DNA from: Mycobacterium sp.
Lineage (GTDB): Bacteria; Actinomycetota; Actinomycetes; Mycobacteriales; Mycobacteriaceae
Assembly: GCA_020438785.1 (NCBI GenBank)
Contig: JAGQTW010000214.1
Span: 2,668 to 66,667 of the forward strand
Length of the DNA stretch: 64,000 nucleotides
Reading direction: 5' to 3'
Part shown: in pieces, positions 1-9,330 of the stretch
How positions within the stretch are numbered: position 1 is the stretch's first letter
Layout of the letters: each line of letters starts with the position of its first letter
Position numbers and translations under genes: made by a program
The notes under the pieces: generated by a model
Database searches by the model: none
Seen by the model: only the letters and a program-made list of their open reading frames with translations
Told to the model about the DNA's origin: nothing

Positions 1-1129
1 TGTTTCGTGAGGCGCGGGTCTTCTCCTGGTCGGCAAGGTAGGTGAATGGCAGTCCGCCCTCGTAGTAGATGTCACCCGGCCGGCCGGGCGGCAGCTCCGT
101 ACCGGAGTCGTCGAGGATGTGCGGAACCCCGGTCAACGTCCTGCCCACCGACCCCGGTCGCTTCAGCCACTCCTCGGCGGTGATGAACGACGTGCCCGCG
201 CCTTCGGACGACGAGTAGAACTCGTCGATGATCGGCCCCCACCACTCGATCATCGCCTTCTTGATATCGACCGGGCACGGGGCCGCGGCGTGCACGACCC
301 GGCGCAGGCTGGACAGGTCATAGGATTCACGCACCGCCGCAGGGAGTTTCAGCATCCGCACGAACATGGCGGGAACGAACTGGGCGTGCGTCACGCCATG
401 GCGCTCGATGGCGGCCAGCGCCTGTTCGGGATCGAACTTCTCCATCACCACCGTCGTGGCGCCCAGCGCCTGGACCGACATCGACCAGTAGCTCGGCGCC
501 GTGTGGTAGAGCGGGGCCGGGCTGAGATACACGACGTCACCGGTGATGCCCAGCGCCGACAGCAGCGGGGCCAGCAGGGTGGGCGCCTCGGACGGTGAGA
601 GGTGGGTGAGCGGACGCACGATCCCCTTCGGCCGTCCGGTCGTTCCCGAGGAGTACTGCAGCAGGTCGCCCTCCCGCTCGTCGGGGATCGGCGAAGCCGG
701 TCGGTCGGTGACGACGTCGGGATAGCGCTGCCAACCCTCGAGATCCCCGTCGGCGATGAGCCTGATCCGGGGCAGTCCGGCGGCCAGGTGCGATGCGAGG
801 CCGGCACAGACATCGCGCATGGCATCCGAACCGATCACGGCCTTCGCGCCGCTGTTGTCGATGATGTACGCCGCCTCCGGAGCGGTCAGGTGGGTGTTGA
901 CCAGCACGTAGTACAGACCGGCGCGGCGGGCCGCCCACATCACCGCGTGGATGTGTTCGTTGTTCTCCATGATGGCGGCGATCACGTCGCCCTCGCCCAG
1001 TCCCGCCCACCGGAGGTAATGCGCCAGCCGATTGGCCCGCGCCTCCAACTCGGCGAAACCCACCGTCGTGCCCGAAGGGTGCAGGATGACGGCCGGTCGC
1101 TCGGAACCGAGGTGTTCGCGGATCTGCAT
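1..1129 (-). CDS. fadD4: Acyl-CoA synthetase, FadD4-like (3' end runs off the window)
   Basis: Not in the ORF track because it is truncated. Hand translation from ATG at 1129: MQIREHLGSERPAVILHPSG...ELEARANRLAH..., with AMP-binding loop QYSSGTTGRPKG and a GGAGG RBS upstream. N-terminus closely resembles mycobacterial FadD4. Confidence 0.85.
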   Translation of the reverse strand, partial: MQIREHLGSERPAVILHPSGTTVGFAELEARANRLAHYLRWAGLGEGDVIAAIMENNEHIHAVMWAARRAGLYYVLVNTHLTAPEAAYIIDNSGAKAVIGSDAMRDVCAGLASHLAAGLPRIRLIADGDLEGWQRYPDVVTDRPASPIPDEREGDLLQYSSGTTGRPKGIVRPLTHLSPSEAPTLLAPLLSALGITGDVVYLSPAPLYHTAPSYWSMSVQALGATTVVMEKFDPEQALAAIERHGVTHAQFVPAMFVRMLKLPAAVRESYDLSSLRRVVHAAAPCPVDIKKAMIEWWGPIIDEFYSSSEGAGTSFITAEEWLKRPGSVGRTLTGVPHILDDSGTELPPGRPGDIYYEGGLPFTYLADQEKTRASRN

Positions 1130-1140
1130 GTGCCTCCAGA

Positions 1141-2736
1141 CTATTGCTCGGACCGAAGTGTCTTCCGCAGTTCCGCCTTGATGACCTTGCCGAGGGCGGT
1201 CCGGGGCAGCGCGTCGACGACAACCAGCCGTTCCGGCGCCTTCTGCCGAGCCAGGCCGGCCCGGGCGAAGTGCTCGCGTAACTCCGAAAGAGTCAGTGCG
1301 GCACCGGCTTTGAGGACGACGACGGCTGTCACCACTTCGCCGTAGCGCGGATCGGGAGCCGCGACGGCGGCGGCCTCCACAACGGAGGGATGGGTCAGCA
1401 GGACATCCTCGACCTGACCCGAGGAGATGGTCTCCCCCGCGCGAATGATGACGTCCTTGATCCGGTCGGTGATCACCAGCCGTCCCGCGCCGTCCAGATA
1501 GCCGAGATCCCCCGTGCGTAGCCAGCCGTCCGGGGTGAATGCGTCGGTGTCCAAGGCCGGATCGTGATAGCCGACGAACTGGTCGGGCCCCCGGGTCACC
1601 ACCTCACCCGGAACGCCGACCGACTGGTCGGCGCCGTCGTCGCCGAGCACCCGCACCTCCGATCCGGGCATCGGTGGTCCGTCGGTGCCCAGCCGCACCG
1701 ACGTCGGGTCGTCACGGTGGGCGCCGGTGACGGTCGGGTGCTCGGTGAGCCCGTAACACCGATAGGCATTGATGCCGGCCGCCGAGGCACGCCGGCCGAT
1801 CTCGTCGGTGACCGTCGCGGCGCCGGTGAGGAATTCACGCAGCGTGCCCAGTTTCGCTGCTGCGCCCGGTAATTCCAGCAGGCCGTTCAGATGAAACGGC
1901 GTACCCACCGTCGTGGTCACCTCGAACCGCTGGATCAGTTCGGCGGCCAGGGCCGGATCCCAGGTATCGACGAATACCGTTCGGGTACCGGAGATCATCG
2001 GCCTCAGCAGGGCGCTCAACCCGCCGACATGACCCGGCGGGAAACTGACCAGCTCGACCGAATCGGGTTCGCCCGCCAGCAGACCGAGCAGCGTGGCCTG
2101 TTCGGCGAGGATCGAGTTGTGGCTGTGCTGAACACCTTTGGGCGCCGACGTTGTACCCGAGGTATAGAGCAGCACGCACACGTCATCGGCACCGGGCTCT
2201 GCGCCGGCATACGCCTGCGAGGAGTCCGCCAACTGTTCCCACCCGATGTAGTCATCGTCCGGTTCGGCATCGAGGACGACGACATTCCGCAGCGTCGGGA
2301 TGTCCCGGTAGCTAACGACCCGGTCCAGATAGCGCGTGGACCGGAAGGTGTGCGGCATGATCAGCGTCGCCGCTCGGGACTCGGCGAGGATGAATACCAC
2401 CTCAGTGGACCCGTAGATGTGCACGATCGGAACCAGAACAGCTCCGCACAACAGGACCGCCTGGTAGGCGACCGCGCATTCGACACGGTTGGTCAGTTGG
2501 ACGGCCACCGCGTCGCCGGGACGCACACCGAGCCGGCGCAGCCCGCCGGCCACCGCGCGGGCCCGCGCCCCGATCTCGCCCACGGTGACCGACCTTTCGG
2601 CGCCGCCCGCGACGAACACCAGGGGGACGTCGCCGTGCCGTGCCCACCCGTCGTGGAAGGCGTCGACGCATGTCCGGGCCGAATACCAGCCATCGCGGTA
2701 CCACTTCTCCCGATGGTCCCGGCGGCCGTTTGACAT
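1141..2736 (-). CDS. AMP-binding acyl-CoA ligase (cyclohexanecarboxylate-CoA ligase-like)
   Basis: Motifs YTSGTTSAPKG, YGLTE, WLRTGDLG and LPRTALGKV. Start set at MSNGRRD (ATG 2736). Confidence 0.88.
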   Translation of the reverse strand: MSNGRRDHREKWYRDGWYSARTCVDAFHDGWARHGDVPLVFVAGGAERSVTVGEIGARARAVAGGLRRLGVRPGDAVAVQLTNRVECAVAYQAVLLCGAVLVPIVHIYGSTEVVFILAESRAATLIMPHTFRSTRYLDRVVSYRDIPTLRNVVVLDAEPDDDYIGWEQLADSSQAYAGAEPGADDVCVLLYTSGTTSAPKGVQHSHNSILAEQATLLGLLAGEPDSVELVSFPPGHVGGLSALLRPMISGTRTVFVDTWDPALAAELIQRFEVTTTVGTPFHLNGLLELPGAAAKLGTLREFLTGAATVTDEIGRRASAAGINAYRCYGLTEHPTVTGAHRDDPTSVRLGTDGPPMPGSEVRVLGDDGADQSVGVPGEVVTRGPDQFVGYHDPALDTDAFTPDGWLRTGDLGYLDGAGRLVITDRIKDVIIRAGETISSGQVEDVLLTHPSVVEAAAVAAPDPRYGEVVTAVVVLKAGAALTLSELREHFARAGLARQKAPERLVVVDALPRTALGKVIKAELRKTLRSEQ

Positions 2737-2788
2737 GGCACGGACTCTATCCGGTAGCGTCGATGACATCACCCACCTAGTTACCCAT

Positions 2789-3670
2789 GTGCCGTCCTGG
2801 TTCGACGATGCGGTCGGGCACCGACCCGAGCATCTCGAGATCGAAGTCGAGGGCTGCCCGATTCACGCGCGGTGCTGGGGCCAACCGGGGCGGCCGGGTC
2901 TGGTGTTGGTGCACGGCGGCGGCGCGCACTCCGGCTGGTGGGATCACATCGCCCCCATGTTCGCCGAGACCCACCGGGTGGTGGCACCGGATCTGTCCGG
3001 ACACGGTGACAGCGGCACCCGAAGGGCGTACACCCTGCAGACCTGGGCCCGGGAGGCGTCGGCGGCCGGGGCCGCGGCGGAGGCCTCGGGTCCTGTCACG
3101 GTGATCGGGCACAGCATGGGCGGGTTCGTCACGGCCACCGCGGCCCTGCTGGAGCCCGACCTGGGCGGCATCATGATCATCGACTCGCCGTTGCGCGACC
3201 GCCCACCCGAGGAGAGCCGGCTGAGCGGGAGCAACCGCAGACCGACCGGGTATCGGACGCGCGAGGAGATCGAGTCCCGCTTCACCTCGGTGCCGCCGCA
3301 GGACATCATCCTGCCCTACGTGGGCAGCCACATCGCGGCCGAATCGGTGCACGAGACCGACAGCGGCTGGTTCTGGAAGTTCGACCCACTGGTGTTCGAG
3401 GCCGGTCTGTTCGCCTCGAAGCCGCCGCCGGCCGAGACCCTGCGACGAGCACTGACCGAGGCGCGCTGCGAAAGGGGTTACTTCCGTTGCGAGTTCGGCA
3501 TCGTTCCGCGACGGATGGCCACCGAGATCCGCGGGATGCTGCGCGGCGCAGGCTCCTACGTGGAGCTCCCCGACGCGGGGCACCATCCGATGCTGGACCA
3601 GCCACTGGTTCTCACCGCCGTGATCCGGGCGCTGCTCGCCGCCTGGTCGGTCGGCGCCTCAGCGCGGTAG
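2789..3670 (+). CDS. Alpha/beta hydrolase
   Basis: LVHGGG oxyanion motif, nucleophile elbow GHSMGG, C-terminal AGHH. Start GTG 2789 is inferred. Confidence 0.82.
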   Translation: MPSWFDDAVGHRPEHLEIEVEGCPIHARCWGQPGRPGLVLVHGGGAHSGWWDHIAPMFAETHRVVAPDLSGHGDSGTRRAYTLQTWAREASAAGAAAEASGPVTVIGHSMGGFVTATAALLEPDLGGIMIIDSPLRDRPPEESRLSGSNRRPTGYRTREEIESRFTSVPPQDIILPYVGSHIAAESVHETDSGWFWKFDPLVFEAGLFASKPPPAETLRRALTEARCERGYFRCEFGIVPRRMATEIRGMLRGAGSYVELPDAGHHPMLDQPLVLTAVIRALLAAWSVGASAR

Positions 3671-5743
3671 CCCCAACCCGCGGGCGATGAGCCCGCGCTG
3701 AACATCGTTGGTGCCGCCACCCACGACGTACATGATCGATTGGCGCAGCCCGTATTCGAAGGCGCCACCGCCCGGCACCGAAGCCAGTGCGGCGGCGTCC
3801 TTGCTCAGGGCGGCCGCCGGACCGAAGATGCTCAGTGTCGCCTCGCCGAACTCCTCCGCCAGATCGCCGCCCATCACACCGGCCATCGCCGCGTCGAACA
3901 TCGCGCTGAGTTCGGAGGCGCTGCCGACGGCGGCACTGACCAGGGCGCGGTTGGCCTGCACCCGGATCGCGAGGTCGTTGACGAGCGCCCGCTTGGCCGA
4001 CCCACGCGGCCCCACCAGCGTGCCGCCGTCGGCACGCACGAAAGCGATGAGGTCGTCGAGTTGCCGGTTCAGCGAGGCGGCGATGTTGCCCATCGTGATC
4101 CGCTCGCCGGCCAGTGCGTCGACGATGATCTTCCAGCCGCCGTTGACCTCACCCACCCGGGCCGAGTCGGGGACGCGGACGTTGTCGTAGAACACGGTGC
4201 AGGAGATCTCGCCGGACAGCGCCCGGTGCTGCTGGATGGTGATGCCCGGAGTGTTCATCGGCACCAGGAAGACTGAGATCCCGGCGTGCCGGGGAACGGC
4301 GTCGGGATCGGTCTTGACCGCCAGCCACACCCAGTCGGCTTCCTGACCGGTTGTGGTCCAGAGCTTCTGGCCGTTGATCACCCACCCGTCGCCGTCCCGA
4401 ACCGCACGGGTCCGCAGTGAGGCGAGGTCGGAGCCGGCCTCGGGTTCGGAATAGCCCAGACAGAAGTTCATCTCGCCGGCGGCGATGATGGGGAGGAACT
4501 TCCGCTTCTGCTCTTCGGTGCCGTGCCGAAGGATCGACCCGCCGAGCAACATGACCGAGCCGAGGGCCTTGGTGGCGCCGACCCGGTTGTAGGTGACCTC
4601 CTCGTTGAGCACCACTTCTTCGGGCAGCGTTGCGTTGCGACCGCCGTATTCGGGGGGCCAGGAGAATCCGAACCAGCCGCGCTCGGCCATCGCCGCGACC
4701 GTGGGCCGGTCCGCGACCGGCGTCGGCGCCCCGTCACGGGCTCCGTGTTCGGCGATGAAGTCCAGCAGCTCACGCCGAAACGCTTCACCTGCCTCACCCA
4801 GGTTCGCCGCGGGCAGCCGGGCACCGGTCTCCACCAGATGGTCACCCACCGAACCCCGTTGGAGTTCCAGGGTCTCCAGCAGGGTCACATCGGCGTGGAC
4901 CCGACGGAACAGCCACGGGGCGGCGTGCTCCTCGAAGTAGCCGATCGCGGCCAGCGTGTGGTGGGCGCCGAGCTGGACCTTGGGCGCGATCGCCGCGATA
5001 TAACCGATCGCCAGTTCCGCCGCGAACACGGCATCGGCGGCTTCGTTCTGCAACGCCGTGACCGCGTCTCCGAGCAGCAGGTTCGCCGAGCGGATCTCGA
5101 TCTGGCACTGGGCGGTACGCTGCTGTACAGCGCCGAAACTGCCGATCACCTTGCCGAACTGCTTGCGGTTCTTGGCGTATTCGACGGCCATCTCGTGGGC
5201 GTACTCGGCGGCGGCCAGCGCGCGGGCGGCCTTGCCGAGCCGGGTGAGGACCAGCGCCCGGTCGGCCTGGGCGACATCGATATCGCACTCGGCCACGCTG
5301 TCCCCCAGGGTAACCCGGCTCCACGCCGGAACGGCGAGCCCCGCCAGCGGTACGGCCTCGACGATCGGCCGAAGACTAGCCCGGCCACCGTCCTTGGGCA
5401 CCACCAGCACATGGGTGGCCGCACCTCCGCTGTCGACCAGCGAGTCGGGCGCGCCGGATATCACGACTCGCGCCGCGCCGCTGTCCACTCCCGCCGACGG
5501 CAACAGCTCCGTCGCGGCGTACCCGTCGAGCAGTGGCAGCGGGCATGCGGCGCGACCCAGCCTGCGGGTGGCGGCCACCGCCAGGTCGAGGGCGCCGGCG
5601 GAGCTCAGTTCGAACCAGCCCTGCTCCACCGCGGCCGACCACAGGTCGGCGACATCTGCGCTTTGCGCGGAAGTCGATCCGCCCCAGTATTTTTCGATCA
5701 CACCGGCGACGGACTCGTCGAAGGCGGCCAGTTCTTCGTTCAT
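3659..5743 (-). CDS. Two-domain (fused) acyl-CoA dehydrogenase, FadE34/FadE22-like
   Basis: N-terminal degenerate ACAD domain (RKQFGKVIGSFGAVQ) plus C-terminal ACAD domain (GYSEPEAGSDLASL, GQKLWTT, GGGTNDVQR). ATGA overlap with the upstream gene. Confidence 0.88.
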   Translation of the reverse strand: MNEELAAFDESVAGVIEKYWGGSTSAQSADVADLWSAAVEQGWFELSSAGALDLAVAATRRLGRAACPLPLLDGYAATELLPSAGVDSGAARVVISGAPDSLVDSGGAATHVLVVPKDGGRASLRPIVEAVPLAGLAVPAWSRVTLGDSVAECDIDVAQADRALVLTRLGKAARALAAAEYAHEMAVEYAKNRKQFGKVIGSFGAVQQRTAQCQIEIRSANLLLGDAVTALQNEAADAVFAAELAIGYIAAIAPKVQLGAHHTLAAIGYFEEHAAPWLFRRVHADVTLLETLELQRGSVGDHLVETGARLPAANLGEAGEAFRRELLDFIAEHGARDGAPTPVADRPTVAAMAERGWFGFSWPPEYGGRNATLPEEVVLNEEVTYNRVGATKALGSVMLLGGSILRHGTEEQKRKFLPIIAAGEMNFCLGYSEPEAGSDLASLRTRAVRDGDGWVINGQKLWTTTGQEADWVWLAVKTDPDAVPRHAGISVFLVPMNTPGITIQQHRALSGEISCTVFYDNVRVPDSARVGEVNGGWKIIVDALAGERITMGNIAASLNRQLDDLIAFVRADGGTLVGPRGSAKRALVNDLAIRVQANRALVSAAVGSASELSAMFDAAMAGVMGGDLAEEFGEATLSIFGPAAALSKDAAALASVPGGGAFEYGLRQSIMYVVGGGTNDVQRGLIARGLGLPR

Positions 5744-8124
5744 TGGTTCTTCCATTCCGGGGTTCGTTTCATGGCGAAGGCCGTCATGCCCTCGATCATG
5801 TCGGCGCTGGTCAGCAGCTCGTCGATGGCTTCGGACGGGGCGTCGACCGCGGCGACGGTGTCCGGGACGCCCTGGGTCTCGTCCATCAGCTTCAGCGACA
5901 GCCGCACCGATGTCGGGGAGCCGGACAGGATCTCCGCAGCGAGGTCGCGGGCCGCCTGCAGCGCCTGGCCCGGCGGCGCCACCCGGCTGACCACGCCGAG
6001 GCGCTGCGCCTCGGCGGCGTCGATGCGACGGCCGGTCAGGATGAGTTCGGTGGCGAGCTTCGGCGGAATCATCCGCGGCAGCCGCACGATTCCCCCGGCG
6101 CCTGCGATCAGACCCACCCTGACCTCGCTGAGTGCGAACTGCGCGGACTCGTCGGCGACCACCAGGTGGCAGGCCAATGCGATCTCGAATCCGCCGCCCA
6201 TGGCGAAGCCGTTGACCGCCGCGATCACCGGCTTGGTCATCCCGCGTCGACTGGTGATACCGGCAAAGCCGCTCAGCGGGACGTACATCGGCTTGCCGCT
6301 GGCGCTGTAGACGAGATCGTTGCCGGTGCAGAAGGCCTTGTCGCCCGCGCCGGTGATGATCGCCACCCACAGGTCGGGATCGGCGAAGTAGGCGTTGAAG
6401 ACCTCGTCGAGTTCCTCGTGCGACGGCGGGTGCAGGCAGTTGCGCACCTCCGGCCGGTTGATGGTGATCTCCAGCAGATGGCCGTCCCGGTGCACGGAGA
6501 CGAACTCGTAGTCGTCGCGCAGCCCCGGTGGCCGGGCCGGAAAGAGTTGGGCGGCCTTCTCCTCGTTGCCGGTGACGCGGTTTCCCGCGCCCAGTGCGGT
6601 GACGTAGACCCGTTGGCCGATCGGCTCGTGGCTGCCGTCCAGCAACTCGAGTAGTTCGGTGTCCTCGGGGGCGACCAGGGCGAGAAACCGGCTGTCGTCG
6701 TGCTCGAGGCGCCCGATGACGATGCCGGTCTTCGCCTTACGGCCGTAGGAGACGGTGTAGGTCTCGATGGTCGCCCAGCCGCAGGGGTGCGGGTCGTGGC
6801 CGGGTGCGGGGACCTCGTCGAGTTGGCGCTGCACTCGGGCGCTGGCGTCCTGGCGCAGCGCGGTCGGCGTGGTGCCGTAGATGCCGACCGAGGTCTTGGA
6901 CAGGACACCACCGTTGGCCGAGACCAGCGCATAGCTGCCGGGATGGGCACGCGCCCGGTCGACCGCCTCGGCGATGGCATGCATGGAGTAGTTGTTGCCG
7001 GGCCCGCCGAAGTACGGCAGCCCACCGGTCAGCGTGAGGCCCCGCGGGTCGGCCGGCGAGAGGCCCAGGGTGTCGATCACGTTGGACACCGCGATGGGAA
7101 AGCACGAGTAGAAGTCGAAGAAGGCGATGTCGTCGAGGGTGAGTCCGGCGACCTCGAGGGCGTGGCTGACGGCGGCGGGCGCGCTGGGCGCCTCGCCCAG
7201 TCGTGGCCGCTTCATCAGGCTGCGTTCGGCGAGGTCGGCCTGGCCCTGCAGGAAGACCCACTTCGATTCGTCGACGCCGAGCCTGCCCGCGGTGGCGATC
7301 GAGGTCAGCAGGATGGCCGCGCCCTGGTTGACCTGGTCGCGAGCCACCAGACGACGCGGATACGGATCGGCGATCAGGCGGTTGTTGTCGTCGACGGTGA
7401 TCAGTTCCTCGGCCGAGTGCTCTCGGGGAGCCGCCGAGAACGGGTTGGCCGCGGCGACTTTGGTGAACGGGGCGAACAGAGCCCCCATGGTTCCCATGTG
7501 CTGTCGCCGGCCCTCGCCGCGCATGGCCCGGCGGGCGTTCTCGACGAGGCCGTACTGCAGCGGCGCGGACAGCAGCGCGTGCGCCGCCTGCTCACGGGTC
7601 ATCAACCCCTTCAGGCCGAATCCGCGGTCCTCGTAGACGCCGCCGGGGTCGGCAGGGTCATCGGAGAAGTCCGGCTTGTTCTCCGACTGGGCCAGCTGAC
7701 GGATCGTCGAGATCGCCTCGGCGCCGGTCAGCAAGACGGCGTCGGCACCGCCGGTCGCGATCTCCCGGGTGAACTCGGTGACCAGATGCTGCGGCGCCTG
7801 GCCGCCGACCACTTCCAGGACCGCCCGCTTCGGCGCCGCCCCCAACCGGTTGGCCACCGACAGCGGGAACCTGGTCGACTTGCCCAGCGGTGCGGGCGCG
7901 CCCGGTGTGGAGTCCTCGAACTGGCGGGTGGACACCAGGGTGTCGATGGCGGCGATCACCGCGGACTCGTCGGCACCGGTGTCCCGGATCGCCGCCCGGC
8001 ACGCCTCGACGGCCAGATCGATCGGCGAGAGGCCGCGAAAGTCGTTGTTCTCCAGTCGTTCCGTGCATTGCCCGACGCCGATGACGACGGGGGTTAGGGG
8101 GTCGAGCTCGTCGATGGTGGTCAA
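5740..8124 (-). CDS. Thiolase-like protein fused to a C-terminal enoyl-CoA hydratase (crotonase)
   Basis: N-terminal PVVIGVGQ...FYSCFP...GGLPYFGGPGNNYSMH (thiolase-like family). C-terminal ITINRPEVRN, AFCTGNDL, GGGFEIAL, FALSEVRVG (crotonase). Confidence 0.85.
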   Translation of the reverse strand: MTTIDELDPLTPVVIGVGQCTERLENNDFRGLSPIDLAVEACRAAIRDTGADESAVIAAIDTLVSTRQFEDSTPGAPAPLGKSTRFPLSVANRLGAAPKRAVLEVVGGQAPQHLVTEFTREIATGGADAVLLTGAEAISTIRQLAQSENKPDFSDDPADPGGVYEDRGFGLKGLMTREQAAHALLSAPLQYGLVENARRAMRGEGRRQHMGTMGALFAPFTKVAAANPFSAAPREHSAEELITVDDNNRLIADPYPRRLVARDQVNQGAAILLTSIATAGRLGVDESKWVFLQGQADLAERSLMKRPRLGEAPSAPAAVSHALEVAGLTLDDIAFFDFYSCFPIAVSNVIDTLGLSPADPRGLTLTGGLPYFGGPGNNYSMHAIAEAVDRARAHPGSYALVSANGGVLSKTSVGIYGTTPTALRQDASARVQRQLDEVPAPGHDPHPCGWATIETYTVSYGRKAKTGIVIGRLEHDDSRFLALVAPEDTELLELLDGSHEPIGQRVYVTALGAGNRVTGNEEKAAQLFPARPPGLRDDYEFVSVHRDGHLLEITINRPEVRNCLHPPSHEELDEVFNAYFADPDLWVAIITGAGDKAFCTGNDLVYSASGKPMYVPLSGFAGITSRRGMTKPVIAAVNGFAMGGGFEIALACHLVVADESAQFALSEVRVGLIAGAGGIVRLPRMIPPKLATELILTGRRIDAAEAQRLGVVSRVAPPGQALQAARDLAAEILSGSPTSVRLSLKLMDETQGVPDTVAAVDAPSEAIDELLTSADMIEGMTAFAMKRTPEWKNQ

Positions 8125-8125
8125 C

Positions 8126-9247
8126 TCAGTCCTCGATCGATTCGGTCACTCGTTGCACGGCGTCCAGGTAGTCCTCGATCATTTCTCGAACGACCTCGCG
8201 GGCGGGCTTCACCCGGTGCATCAGGCCGACCCCCTGGCCGACCCAGTAGGTGGCGAGGCTCTGCGCCCCCTTGTGACCGTTCTCGGCCAGGATGTCGATG
8301 CGCCGCAGAATGTTCTCCGCGAGGATCGACTGCAGCGGCATGGGTAACGCGCCCGGCCCGTCGCCGTTCCAGGCGTCGGTCCACGGCGAGCGCAGCTGCC
8401 GCGACGGCTTGCCGGTGCGGCCCTTCGAGCGCACGGTGTCGCGCGAGGTGGCGGCGAGCATCTTCTGCACGGTGTGCGGCGCGGTCTCCGCCTCCTCTGT
8501 GGTCAGCCACACCGAGCCGGTCCAGGCACCGGCGGCGCCCAGTGCGATGGCGGCCGCCACCTGTCGCCCGGTCACGATGCCACCGGCCGCCAGCACCGGC
8601 ACGTTCGGCCCGACCGCCTCGACCACCTCCGGCACCAGCACCAGCGTGGTGACCTCGCCGCAGTGACCGCCGGCCTCGGTGCCCTGGACGACCAGGATGT
8701 CGACACCGGCCTGCACCTGTTTGACCGCATGCTCTCTGGCGCCGACCAGCGCCGCGACCGGAACGCCCTCGACCTTGGCCCGCTCGATCATGAACTGCGG
8801 GGGCACCCCGAGCGCATTGGCGATCAGCTTGATCGGGTGGCGGAACGAGACGTCCATCAGTTCTTCACCGATCGAGTCGCCGAGCTGGCCGAACATCCGG
8901 AACGGGTCCCCGCCGATGTCGTCGACGGCGATGTCGTACTTGGCGAGGAGGTCGAAGACGTAGTCGCGGTACTGGTCGGGGACCATGGCGACGATCTGAT
9001 CCTCGGTAAGGTCCATGCCCTTGCCCTCGAACTTCTCCGGGCAGACGATGTCGACGCCGTAGGGCCTGCCCTTGACCTGATCGTCGATCCAGGCCAGTTC
9101 GTGCTCGAGCTCCTCGGGGCTGTGTGACGAGGCGCCCAGCACTCCGAATCCGCCCGCGTTCGTCACTGCGGCCACGACGTCACGACAGTGGCTGAAGGCC
9201 AACAGCGGAAAGTCGATTTCGAGCATCTCGCAGATGGCGGTTTTCAT
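8126..9247 (-). CDS. Nitronate monooxygenase family FMN oxidoreductase (FabK/NPD-like)
   Basis: AFSHCRDVVAAV, QGTEAGGH, VLAAGGI and GAWTGS motifs; RBS GGAGGG. Confidence 0.88.
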   Translation of the reverse strand: MKTAICEMLEIDFPLLAFSHCRDVVAAVTNAGGFGVLGASSHSPEELEHELAWIDDQVKGRPYGVDIVCPEKFEGKGMDLTEDQIVAMVPDQYRDYVFDLLAKYDIAVDDIGGDPFRMFGQLGDSIGEELMDVSFRHPIKLIANALGVPPQFMIERAKVEGVPVAALVGAREHAVKQVQAGVDILVVQGTEAGGHCGEVTTLVLVPEVVEAVGPNVPVLAAGGIVTGRQVAAAIALGAAGAWTGSVWLTTEEAETAPHTVQKMLAATSRDTVRSKGRTGKPSRQLRSPWTDAWNGDGPGALPMPLQSILAENILRRIDILAENGHKGAQSLATYWVGQGVGLMHRVKPAREVVREMIEDYLDAVQRVTESIED

Positions 9248-9260
9248 GGCCCTCCCACAT

Positions 9261-9283
9261 TAGCGGACGATTGTCGTCCGTTA
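9261..9283. promoter_or_regulatory. Palindrome TAGCGGACGA-TTG-TCGTCCGTTA, candidate repressor operator
   Basis: Perfect 7-bp arms CGGACGA/TCGTCCG, extending to 10 bp with one mismatch. Lies just downstream (minus strand) of a TAGGAT -10-like hexamer and 14 bp before the NMO start. Confidence 0.5.
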
Positions 9284-9330
9284 TTAGGCATCCTAACCGG
9301 TTGCGCGGACAAACCCAAGTGCGGGACCGC

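Noticed and set aside
4523-6310. Long ORFs antisense or alternative-frame to real genes (e.g. 4523-6310, 38236-40506, 42979-45093, 57472-59301)
   Set aside because: Typical high-GC shadow ORFs. They have no recognisable motifs and fully overlap well-supported genes.
9293-9303. CTAACCGGTTG as a KstR box or a copy of the island operator
   Set aside because: It lacks the flanking T/A of TnnAACnnGTTnnA and has a different spacer from TAACCWGGTTA.
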